Assembly: GCA_020184695.1 (NCBI GenBank)
Contig: JAANOX010000123.1
Location: 1 to 45,336 of the forward strand
Origin: Histomonas meleagridis 2922-C6/04-290x
Taxonomy: Eukaryota > Protista > Parabasalia
Direction: 5' to 3'
Length of the DNA stretch: 45,336 nucleotides
Of the stretch, positions 32,222 through 41,630 are shown in pieces. The translations under genes and the position numbers were made by a program. The notes under the pieces are model-generated. The model made no database searches and was not told where the DNA came from. It saw nothing but the letters and a program-made list of their open reading frames with translations. Each line of letters begins with the position of its first letter. Position 1 is the first letter of the stretch.

Positions 32222-33233
32222 CGGAAGAAAGTTCGATAAATTTTGATTATTTGAATATTCTATTCGATTCAATTTGAGAGCAGTCTGCCACTTGGCGGAA
32301 CAACGTCAAAAATAATTTTATTGGAATAAATTCTAATTATTCCATTATATAATATCGTAATAAATTCGAAAGATACGTTATTATAAATAAATAAATAATT
32401 AATTTATAGATTAATTATTAATAACAAAAGATATTATTATTTTGATTAATGGTTATTTAACCAACTTAAGACGGTTTTCAAAGGTCGGTTCAGTGATGAC
32501 GGTTAATTAATTCAAAAGCTCCGCAAAATAAACAATTCGATTATTTTTGTTGTTGTTTCACATCACAAAATTCCATATAAAATGAAATTCTTTTTATATT
32601 GGTGGTGAATTCAAGTTAAGCATTGGTAATTGGTTCTAAAATTCAACTTTATCTTAGGATTTAATGTTCTGAATGATTAAACGTTACATGTTGGAAAATC
32701 GGCCGATTTTTCCAATCGTTGTCATAAAATGACGATGTGTATTCAATTTATGTTGTACAATTTTTCACCGAAAACGTTATGTATTATTAATAATATTCCA
32801 TATATAAGCAATGCGATGCACATTATAAATATATTAAAACCAACATTTGTTGTCAAATATTCAGTTTTAAAATGAACAATTTCAGGATTTAAATGGTAAA
32901 AGTTTTAGTACTTAAATTACTCGCGAACACGTCGATATATAGGTTAAAATGTCATTAAAAAATATCGGAAATATTCTTTTCATATTTTGCGATTTCGGTA
33001 TTGCAATACGATTGGAACCAAAATAAAAAGTACCTTTACATTCACAGAGTCTCCTAACAGAATCCTTGTAGAACCAAAATCAGAATTCATTTAACTTCAA
33101 TTAATGGCTGAGTCTGATTATAATCAGAAATGCCGCCTGTTGTCAAATGAAGACCGTTTACAATAGTGACCGTTAAAAACCTTTTTTATTAGCTTTTTTA
33201 AATTGAGAGGATAACCGCCAACAACTTTGCTCG

Positions 33234-33824
33234 ATGTCAAACAGCTTTAAATTCATCGTAATTGGATCAAGTGGTGTCGGAAAAACAGCAATATTAAAAC
33301 GCCTAGTTGACGATGTGTTCACTGGTGAATCTCAATCAACTATTGGTGTTGAGTTTTTAGCAACATCTGTTGATGTTGACGGTAATTCAGTTAAGCTACA
33401 GATTTGGGACACTGCAGGACAAGAGCGCTTTAGGTCAATTGCAAAAGCTTATTTTCGTTCTGCAATAGGCGTAATTTTGGTATTTGACCTTACAGATCGA
33501 AAGTCATTTGAAGATTTAACAGGCTGGCTTAACGACATCCATTCCCTTTGCGATCCAAATGCCGTTGTCACTTTAATCGGCAATAAATCAGATTTGAAAG
33601 ATCAACGTGCAATAACAACAACAGAAGCAGAAAGCTTTGCACAGTTACATCAATTAAATTACCTTGAAACATCTGCGCTTGGAGGTGATAACATCCAAGA
33701 AGCATTCCAAAGGACAGCTGCAACTGTTTATAGAAAGAGCTTGGCTAATGCCGACATAAAGTCAAAAGATGAAGGAAAGCGTCTTGATAATGCGTCATCA
33801 GGTAATACAGGATGTCAATGCTAA
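33234..33824 (+). CDS. Rab GTPase (Rab2/4/11/14 supergroup-like)
   Basis: GSSGVGKT, STIGVEF, WDTAGQERFRSI, GNKSDL, ETSAL, C-terminal CQC prenylation motif. Confidence 0.95.
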   Translation: MSNSFKFIVIGSSGVGKTAILKRLVDDVFTGESQSTIGVEFLATSVDVDGNSVKLQIWDTAGQERFRSIAKAYFRSAIGVILVFDLTDRKSFEDLTGWLNDIHSLCDPNAVVTLIGNKSDLKDQRAITTTEAESFAQLHQLNYLETSALGGDNIQEAFQRTAATVYRKSLANADIKSKDEGKRLDNASSGNTGCQC

Positions 33825-34143
33825 TAAAAGAACAAATTCATTTTTTTCAATCTGATTTTTCAAACCGCTAATCAAATGTAAACCATAGAATTCAAGATGA
33901 ACAACAATACAAATCACACATTGATATAAATCAATAAATTACCCAAATGAATTTATTTATTGTATTTTTTTCTGCTAGTCCTTTGATTTTAATTTCAACC
34001 AAAACTTTTTACTATGCTTGACCAATGCATTTAATCTGATAATAATTGGACAGACTTCTTTCAGATACCAATTCAAGTTTTCTCATTTACTTAATTCAAT
34101 CGAAAAGAATTCAAAATTAGAAGCGTAAATTTGTTTTATTTAC

Positions 34144-34859
34144 TTAGGATCAACGTACGTTGATTTCAGCATACGCTCTTGCCTGGTTCACGATTGAAGC
34201 GTATCCGATGAACTTAGAAATTTTCTTTGGCAAGCTCACTGTCGGGTCCACCCCCGATAAACCTCAGGACCCTCATCACGATTGAGTCGTATGAGTAGAG
34301 CCCAGACTCGCCCGAGAGGATGAAGAATGCGCTGCTATTATTACTCCACCACCGAAAGTTTCGACAGGATGAGTCACGGTAAAAGTATCCGAAAGTTGCA
34401 CCAGCTTCGGCGTACATAACAAGAACTCCAAAACGGACCAAACAGAAGGAAATGTTCTATGGTTAACTACGTTCACAGGGTCGAATTCGCTTGTCACGAA
34501 CAAATCCCTGTTTTGGTTTAGATACGCTTTGAATATCGATGTCACAGAAGCCATCAAAGACACATTACGATTCATCGGCTTCGTTTCGCCCTCGATCAAA
34601 TTCAACAAATCGACGAGATTACCAATGATACGTAACGAGTTAAACAGTGGAATAAGAGCACTCGTTCATCAATGTGCCTTTGTAGGTTTTCTAATTGTTG
34701 GAAATCATTAGAATTTTGTGTGTAAAGATCTTTATATGGAACATCATGATTATTAAAATTGGGTGGATCTGGGGATGCAACTTGTGCATCCATTGGGATG
34801 ACTGAAGGGTCGTGAGAAATTAATGTTTCTTCAAATGAGTCAGTTGCAATCTCAATCAT
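34144..34859 (-). pseudogene. CYFIP: Internally deleted CYFIP/Sra1/PIR121 (WAVE complex) pseudogene
   Basis: N-terminal TDSFEETLISHDPSVIP...PNFNN resembles CYFIP VDLLEELPLPDQQPCIE...PNFNTN. It is joined near 34660 to FNSLRIIGNLVDLLNLIE, FPSVWSVLEFLLCTP, ETFGGGVIIAA/AFFILSGE, and LPKKISKFIGYASIVN, which resemble CYFIP [53 protein letters not shown] and LKKMVERIRKFQILN. Frameshifts near 34660, 34330 and 34253. Confidence 0.8.
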
Positions 34860-34925
34860 TTCAAAAAAAAAATGCTTCACACAATTCAAAAATGACATTG
34901 AATACTGTATTCAATATTCAATACT

Positions 34926-35813
34926 TTACGCATTTTGATGTTTCGGAATTAACTTTTCTTGAAGTTGTCGTATAACTGGATCATCTTCTGTATAATTTCC
35001 TGTCGAAAGTAATGTTTTAATGTTATTTTCTAACCAAATACATTCATTATATTGTGGAGAATCAACTACAAACCTTGATTCTGTCTTTGGAGATTGAGGT
35101 GGCTGATAAACGGTTGTAATGAGTTTGGATTTGTTGGCAAAATTGATTTGTCCTGCTGCAGCTAAGAGAGAAAGATATTGATTCATTTGTTCATCTGAAT
35201 TTTCAACTTGTTTTTGTTCTTTTTCAATATGTTTCTTTTTCATTTCTAATGCTTTTTTCTTACGAAATGCTGCTTGTCGATTTTGTGATGCTTCAATCTC
35301 TTCCATTAGTTTCTTATATTGAGCAATAAGGCGAACATATGATTTCTTTAATGATATCTTCTTTTCTATGATTGCTTCTGTTTTTCTTTTATTTTCGTTA
35401 ATTTGATGATGAAGATCTGCAGCTTTTTGTTGAAGCTTGAGTTCAAGATCAACTTCTGCTGATGTTTCGAGTTGATTTGATTCTCTTTTTGCTTGTATTT
35501 TTTGTTTTTGTGATTTTAAAGATAAAATTGAATCATTTAATTCTTGATTTTTTTCTTTTATTTCATATATTTTTGACTGTAAAGAATAAGCGATTTCTTC
35601 AAGCTTTGAAGAAATCATATCATAACGAGAATCAATTAATTCTTTTTGTTGAACACAATTTTGCATTTGATCTATCCAACCTTTCTTCAGAGCATTTATT
35701 TTACTTTGGAATTCTTCCTTTTTTTGCGTGATAAACTTTAACTTTTCGTATTTTTCTTTTGATAATTGGGCTTTCTTTTTTCTTTCCATTTTCTGTTCTA
35801 AACGTCTTTTCAT
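34926..35813 (-). CDS. Coiled-coil protein with CEP120-like C-terminal motif
   Basis: K/E/Q-rich heptads. It ends WLENNIKTLLSTGNYTEDDPVIRQLQEKL, resembling CEP120 [29 protein letters not shown]. First ATG is at 35813. Confidence 0.6.
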   Translation of the reverse strand: MKRRLEQKMERKKKAQLSKEKYEKLKFITQKKEEFQSKINALKKGWIDQMQNCVQQKELIDSRYDMISSKLEEIAYSLQSKIYEIKEKNQELNDSILSLKSQKQKIQAKRESNQLETSAEVDLELKLQQKAADLHHQINENKRKTEAIIEKKISLKKSYVRLIAQYKKLMEEIEASQNRQAAFRKKKALEMKKKHIEKEQKQVENSDEQMNQYLSLLAAAGQINFANKSKLITTVYQPPQSPKTESRFVVDSPQYNECIWLENNIKTLLSTGNYTEDDPVIRQLQEKLIPKHQNA

Positions 35814-35847
35814 GAAATTCAAATTTTTTAAAAAATTTTTATCTTTA

Positions 35848-37875
35848 TTAAATCAATTTTTGGAGTAGTACAACGTGGTCATCTCCACAAGTGAGGAATT
35901 TCTTTTCATTAAAGTTGACTCTTATATCGTTAACTTTCCAAGAATGTTGTTGATAATTCCTCACAACAACAAACTTTTCATTTGATGGGTCATATTTAAT
36001 TTGTTCTACTTCGCCATCATTTAGGCCTACAATCATATCATATTCACTAATATATTGTATTGCGGTAACAAATTTATCTTTCATATGTCCAGACAATGTA
36101 CCATCTCGTTCATATACATAAAGTCCATTCTCACCACCAATCGCAAAATATTGTGAATTCGTTGCCCAGCATCCTGCGTAACAGTTCTTGTCGCAATTGA
36201 ATACCTTCAGCGGTTGTGAATTCACCGGGTCGATCAACTTCACTTTCCCGTTCCTCAGAACAAGTAATAACATCGTTGAATCAGGCGATGCATCAATTGC
36301 TGCTGTTAATGATTTGGATGGTTCTCTTTCATAATTCTCACGCTTCTCAAGTGATTTCTTGTCCCATACAATAAAACCGCCCCTATCGTCGCCGGTTGCA
36401 AACCAGTCTGATGCAACTGTCATTTGACGTAACTCTCTTTCATGTGCAAAAATCGATTTATACTCGGGCCAACGTGTAAGCCACATCTCATGTGAATGAG
36501 GAATTCGATCTTTCATAAAATCAGATGGTGTAAGTGGTGGAAAGTTTGTTTCAACATCAGATGGATTTTCAATTGTCGCATTATCTAATGATAATGGACG
36601 AACCATTGATGCAAATGGAAGTTTCTTGTTTGAGAGAACTCCGGGATGAATATGAGCAAAACATTGTGAAGGCATTAAAACACGAACATTTTTCTCATCA
36701 GCAGCAAATGCATATAGGTCATCTTGGAGTTCAACGACATCATATATTGCATGTCCATGAATCAATGGTCTTGCTATTTCTTGGTAATTATTTCCATTTA
36801 TAGCATATACCCTAGCTACATTATCCAAACCAGTTGTGATGAAACACCCAATAGTTGTCCATGCTGCAGCAGTTACAGAATCGAAGTGACCAGCGAAACA
36901 GCGAACAGATTCACCGTTGACCCACCTTGAAAAACCGCCGTTCCTTGAAACCGCTATCACATCACATTCCGATAGAAGTTTACAGCCGATAAAACCGCTT
37001 TGATCGTCTTCAACCGCCGTCGTACCCAATCGATTAGAAATATCATAATCGCCACCTTCTGAAGCAGTCCATAATAAAACTTGACCATCATATGATGCAG
37101 AACTAATATGCTTGCTACCATAGAAATCGACACAATTGACCCAATCATTATGATTCAAAAGATTTGCAAAAAGTTCAACATGGAACGATTTGGCATCGGA
37201 AACAAGTGTGGCATTGGATGCAATAGAGACATCAAGCTTGGAAATTTCGGATGCACTTGTTTCACTTATTCGCCAAATGCGGATAAGATGTTCTTGACTT
37301 GAAGCAGCACAAAGAATAGAATGCTCACTTTCAGGGCAAAACTTTATGCAAGTTGTCCATGCAAGTCCTTCTAATGTAACTGAGCTTTTTGTTAATGGAA
37401 CGTATAACATTATTGATCCGTCTGGCGCACCTAAGCCAATGATTAATGTGCCTAAGAAATAGTATAGATTAAGAGAAACGCATCGTAATTCAGGGAAAAG
37501 TATTTCGATAATTTTGATTTCGGTTTCATTTAATTCGAGGAGTCTTACTCCATCGAGAGCCGTGGATATTAAAGCATTGTTTTGGTGTATTGCACAATGA
37601 GTAATTGAGGATGGAAAATCGAGTGAAAAAATAATGTCTTTTTTGATTGGATCATAAAGAACCAAATTTCCTTCACACGTACCAATGAGAAGTGATCCTG
37701 AAAGTGTGAATCTAACGCATGTGATAATACCATATTTTAATGGAGCATAACAAACTGTGTCATAAGTTTCTAAGTTTTGAATTAGAAGTGAAGGGCCGGA
37801 ACCATACGCAAGTAAATTACCAGAAACATCCCATGCGTCTGGATCCTGATTGCAACCACCAAAAGCTTGAATCAT
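35848..37875 (-). CDS. ELP2: Elongator subunit 2 (WD40)
   Basis: ASSQEHLIRIW, LNHNDWV, FAGHFDSV, YQEIARPLIHGH, ADEKNVRV, and PHSHEMWLTRWPEYKSIFAH (Elp2 WPEVQKLYGH). First ATG is at 37875. Confidence 0.88.
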   Translation of the reverse strand: MIQAFGGCNQDPDAWDVSGNLLAYGSGPSLLIQNLETYDTVCYAPLKYGIITCVRFTLSGSLLIGTCEGNLVLYDPIKKDIIFSLDFPSSITHCAIHQNNALISTALDGVRLLELNETEIKIIEILFPELRCVSLNLYYFLGTLIIGLGAPDGSIMLYVPLTKSSVTLEGLAWTTCIKFCPESEHSILCAASSQEHLIRIWRISETSASEISKLDVSIASNATLVSDAKSFHVELFANLLNHNDWVNCVDFYGSKHISSASYDGQVLLWTASEGGDYDISNRLGTTAVEDDQSGFIGCKLLSECDVIAVSRNGGFSRWVNGESVRCFAGHFDSVTAAAWTTIGCFITTGLDNVARVYAINGNNYQEIARPLIHGHAIYDVVELQDDLYAFAADEKNVRVLMPSQCFAHIHPGVLSNKKLPFASMVRPLSLDNATIENPSDVETNFPPLTPSDFMKDRIPHSHEMWLTRWPEYKSIFAHERELRQMTVASDWFATGDDRGGFIVWDKKSLEKRENYEREPSKSLTAAIDASPDSTMLLLVLRNGKVKLIDPVNSQPLKVFNCDKNCYAGCWATNSQYFAIGGENGLYVYERDGTLSGHMKDKFVTAIQYISEYDMIVGLNDGEVEQIKYDPSNEKFVVVRNYQQHSWKVNDIRVNFNEKKFLTCGDDHVVLLQKLI

Positions 37876-37903
37876 GATTGTGTCAGTTTTGAACGGCAAA
37901 AAT

Positions 37904-37911
37904 AACCGTTA
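37904..37911 (-). promoter_or_regulatory. Motif 3/Myb-type core promoter element TAACGGTT
   Basis: Lies 28 nt upstream of the ELP2 ATG, inside the 80-bp ELP2/IFT43 divergent spacer. Confidence 0.5.
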
Positions 37912-37955
37912 AGTAAAAGTGCTTTATGTTTTAAAGTATACGTTATTTATTGATT

Positions 37956-38534
37956 ATGACTAGTAAAGGTTTACCTCCAAATTTTCGCTTGAACTTAACA
38001 GCAATACAGAAAAATACAAGGACTACAAATGAACAACATGAATCTAGTGAAGTTGAAGAAAAGAAAATTCCTGCACAACCAAAAAAGGCATCAACAATTG
38101 TTCCACCAAGACAATCTGTTTTAAATGCTACAAGACAAAGTACAACACTTTCTAGAAAAAATCTTATTGTAGAAAGTTCTTCTGATGATACAGATGATTT
38201 TGACTTAGATATTGCAACAGTTCCGGTCGGTCAAGAAGAAGCAAAAAATGAACCTGAAATTACAGATGACATCGCTATTGCACCATCAATACAAGTAAAT
38301 CAATTACCAGAGTTTGATGATGGAAATGATGATTTCCAACAAAATGGACAAAACAACAAATTTTCAATCATTTATGATCTCCTGCTAACGCCAGAACAAG
38401 TGGAAGAACCGCTTGAAGAATGGTCTTATCGAACATTCATCAAGCAATTTGCAAACTCGGAGGCAAATCAAGATATGAATGATGATGATGAAGAATATGA
38501 AATGGATGAAGACGAATACAGTGAATATGATTAA
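37956..38534 (+). CDS. IFT43: Intraflagellar transport protein 43-like
   Basis: DIATVP...DDIAIAPSIQVNQLPEFDD and YDLLLTPEQVEEPLEEWSYRTFIKQF resemble IFT43 DIPIIPD...QVAAPPSIQIKRVMTYRDL and [26 protein letters not shown]. Confidence 0.72.
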   Translation: MTSKGLPPNFRLNLTAIQKNTRTTNEQHESSEVEEKKIPAQPKKASTIVPPRQSVLNATRQSTTLSRKNLIVESSSDDTDDFDLDIATVPVGQEEAKNEPEITDDIAIAPSIQVNQLPEFDDGNDDFQQNGQNNKFSIIYDLLLTPEQVEEPLEEWSYRTFIKQFANSEANQDMNDDDEEYEMDEDEYSEYD

Positions 38535-38562
38535 AAACATTTTTATATAACTTAACAAATAT

Positions 38563-38946
38563 TTATAGTATATCATCGAACTGATGTGAATTTATGGCAT
38601 TCGCAAGCGCAACTACTGCATCATAACATATGGGAAATGAAATTTGTTCATCATGAAATCCAACCACAAAACATCTGTTGCAATTCGCAATAATTAAATG
38701 TGTATTATTTTTCTGTGCTACAACAATTTCATCTGAAACAGATGTCACAACATAAAATTCATTTTGAAAAGTAAGTCCTTGATATAAAGCATCTGAGTTT
38801 GGTAAAAATGCAGAAGCAAGAGCAGCAAACTCTTTTTGATTTCCAAAAAATCCTGGTGTTGCTGACCAAATTCCACCATCGGGCCCAAACACTGCACCTC
38901 CTGTAACTTTTCCTATGAGTGAATCAGCAACAGATATTAAAGACAT
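38563..38946 (-). CDS. Profilin, divergent
   Basis: GAVFGPDGGIWSAT, GLTFQNEFY, LIIANCNRCFVVGFH, AVVALANAI; 127 aa from the ATG at 38946. Confidence 0.85.
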   Translation of the reverse strand: MSLISVADSLIGKVTGGAVFGPDGGIWSATPGFFGNQKEFAALASAFLPNSDALYQGLTFQNEFYVVTSVSDEIVVAQKNNTHLIIANCNRCFVVGFHDEQISFPICYDAVVALANAINSHQFDDIL

Positions 38947-39042
38947 GATAAAGTCGTTATGGTGGTTTAATATGATCACATTTTTAATAAAGTATTCAAT
39001 TGCATGACCATATTTTTAACGTTCACATGGCCCAAAATGACT

Positions 39043-39048
39043 TCACTT
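39043..39048 (+). promoter_or_regulatory. Initiator (Inr) TCACTT
   Basis: Ends 7 nt before the EF-1beta ATG at 39056. Confidence 0.7.
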
Positions 39049-39055
39049 TTTTCTA

Positions 39056-39427
39056 ATGTCTGACGATATTGATCCATTTGCTGAAGCAACACCAGAAGAA
39101 AAGGCTGCTGAAGAAGAAGCTAAGAAGAACGTTCAAAAGAAGGAAAAGAAGGAAGCTGTTGGTAAGTCAACACTCGTTCTTCAAATCAGCCCAGCTGATA
39201 CCGAAGTTAACCTTGACGATCTTGAAAACAAGATCCGTACCGAAATCAAAGAAGAAGGTCTCCTTTGGGGTAAGTCCGAAAGAAAACCACTTTACTTCGG
39301 TCTTGTTGCTATCCTCCTTGGTGCTGTTGTCACAGATGATGTTTCAGTCGATGGAATCCAAGAAAAGATCGAAAGCTGGGATGATCTTGTTGCAAGCACT
39401 GAAATCATTGCATTCCAAAAGATCTAA
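39056..39427 (+). CDS. EF1B: Elongation factor 1-beta (GEF domain only, 123 aa)
   Basis: DDIDPF acidic motif, GKSTLVL, EGLLWGKS, PLYFGL, DDVSVD, VASTEIIAFQKI*. Confidence 0.92.
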   Translation: MSDDIDPFAEATPEEKAAEEEAKKNVQKKEKKEAVGKSTLVLQISPADTEVNLDDLENKIRTEIKEEGLLWGKSERKPLYFGLVAILLGAVVTDDVSVDGIQEKIESWDDLVASTEIIAFQKI

Positions 39428-39714
39428 ATAAAGATTTTATCTTTTTACAGTTCACTTGTTAATAATTTATTTCTTACTTCTTTTTATTTTTAGTGTTTGT
39501 TCTTTTTAGAGGGAAAAAAAATTAATTGCTAATTAATACTTATTTGTACAATTTTTATATTTGAAATAATCATAAGTAATTACATTAAATATATATTGAA
39601 TAACACACCAGAAATAAATGCATTTATTAGCTTTTATGAGACTAATTAAAATAATTATCAAAAAAAAACTTTTTATGTTCTGTTCTGTTTATTTAAAATG
39701 AAACTTTAAAAGCT

Positions 39715-40131
39715 TTAATTACGTTCGCCGCGAATTCTTTGTGCAAGTTGAACATCACGTTCCATGATTGTGACACGGTTAGCATGAATTGCGCAAAGGT
39801 TAGTATCTTCAAAGAGACCAACAAGATAAGCTTCTGATGCTTCTTGGAGAGCTGCAATGGCTGATGATTGGAAACGAAGATCACCACGGAATCCAGAAGC
39901 GATTTCACGAACAAGACGTTGGAATGGAAGCTTACGGATTAAAAGATCTGTACTCTTTTGATATTTACGAATTTCACGAAGAGCAACTGTACCTGGTCTG
40001 AAACGATGTTGCTTTTTAGCACCTTGTGAATCAACAACTGGTGTTGATTTACGAGCTGCCTTAGCACCGAGTGACTTACGTGGAGTCTTACCACCGGTAG
40101 ATTTACGAGCTGTTTGTTTAGTACGAGCCAT
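39715..40131 (-). CDS. H3: Histone H3
   Basis: [15 protein letters not shown]...[20 protein letters not shown]... Confidence 0.99.
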   Translation of the reverse strand: MARTKQTARKSTGGKTPRKSLGAKAARKSTPVVDSQGAKKQHRFRPGTVALREIRKYQKSTDLLIRKLPFQRLVREIASGFRGDLRFQSSAIAALQEASEAYLVGLFEDTNLCAIHANRVTIMERDVQLAQRIRGERN

Positions 40132-40605
<474 letters not shown>

Positions 40606-40915
40606 ATAAAATTTAAAACGATATTTCTAAGAAATATTATTAAAAATTATTTTTTAAATGGTTTCTGTCAATTCAAATTATCTCCTGAATGAACAAAGTG
40701 AAAAGAACATGAATTCCATTATGTAGAATCAAATAGAATATGTTTGATTTATTTAAATGCTTTCGATAAAATAAACTTATGTTTAAATTAATTCCTTATT
40801 ACTACTTTAATTACTGAAATGTGTAGCTTCGCCACAACAAAGCAGAATAAACGAATCGCAAATCTATTTAATTGACCAAATAAGCTCTGAAATAAAACAG
40901 TTTTTTCTGATAGTC

Positions 40916-40944
40916 AACGGTTTTCACGGTTTGGCCGATCCTTT
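40916..40944 (+). promoter_or_regulatory. Motif 3 (xACGGTT, two copies) plus Motif 5 (CCTTT) Inr-less core promoter
   Basis: AACGGTTT at 40916, CACGGTTT at 40925 and CCTTT at 40940-40944, 3 nt before the ATG of a ribosomal protein gene. This is the arrangement described for T. vaginalis ribosomal protein promoters. Confidence 0.7.
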
Positions 40945-40947
40945 CTG

Positions 40948-41433
40948 ATGAAGTACACCTACAAATCCACTGGTGCACCAGTTCTTAAGGCCTGCACACC
41001 CACTGAACGTGTTCACTTCAAGCCAATGTTCGAAACAGGTCGTGCCATTAAGGGAATGAAAGTTACCAAGGCACTTGCATATCTTGAAGCTGTTATCGAA
41101 CATAAACGTGCTGTTCCATTCTTCCGCTATAATGAGGGCATTCCACACCACGCCCAAGGCAAGGAATGGGGTTGTCCATCTTCAAGGTGGCCAGAAAAGT
41201 CAGCCAAATTATACATCAAACTTATCAAGAACGCATTAGCAGGTGCTGCACAAAAACCAGAAGTTGATGTTGATAACCTTGTTGTTGCTCATGTTCAATG
41301 CAACTATGCAAGAATGTATCGTTATCGTCGCATTCACCAAGCACATGGTCGTGTAAAGTGTTATGCTTCACCACCAACAAATGTTCAGATCGTCCTTGCT
41401 GCACCAACAAAACCAGTCAAAAGCGCTAAGTAA
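40948..41433 (+). CDS. RPL17: 60S ribosomal protein L17 (uL22)
   Basis: VHFKPMFETGRAIKGM, AVPFFRYNEG, RWPEKSA, LVVAHVQCN, AHGRV. Confidence 0.96.
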   Translation: MKYTYKSTGAPVLKACTPTERVHFKPMFETGRAIKGMKVTKALAYLEAVIEHKRAVPFFRYNEGIPHHAQGKEWGCPSSRWPEKSAKLYIKLIKNALAGAAQKPEVDVDNLVVAHVQCNYARMYRYRRIHQAHGRVKCYASPPTNVQIVLAAPTKPVKSAK

Positions 41434-41630
41434 ATATCGTTCTGAATAATTAAAAATACCTTGATGTAGTTTGATCATATTTGGCAACTTTATTAGTTTT
41501 TTTATTGCTCAGTAACTTAGCGAAAACTTCTCTTATTTTTTAAGTTTTCAACAAAAGAGAAAACATTTAGCGAACGTTTATGAATTTTTGATAGAATTAT
41601 GATCGTCAAAGGAGTTATGATCGTATTAAA

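Noticed and set aside
32493-32672. Box C (GTGATGA) and box D (CTGA) snoRNA candidate
   Set aside because: The span is about 180 nt, there is no convincing terminal stem, and I recognised no rRNA-complementary guide.
33113-34915. Short perfect palindromes at 33113-33128, 34149-34164 and 34897-34915
   Set aside because: Arms of 8-9 bp are expected by chance a few times in 45 kb of AT-rich DNA.
16299-37875. Functional cluster of tRNA-Lys(UUU), Elp2 and an Fe-S scaffold remnant (U34 modification theme)
   Set aside because: The three are about 9 and 20 kb apart, with unrelated genes between them. There is no evidence beyond a thematic coincidence.
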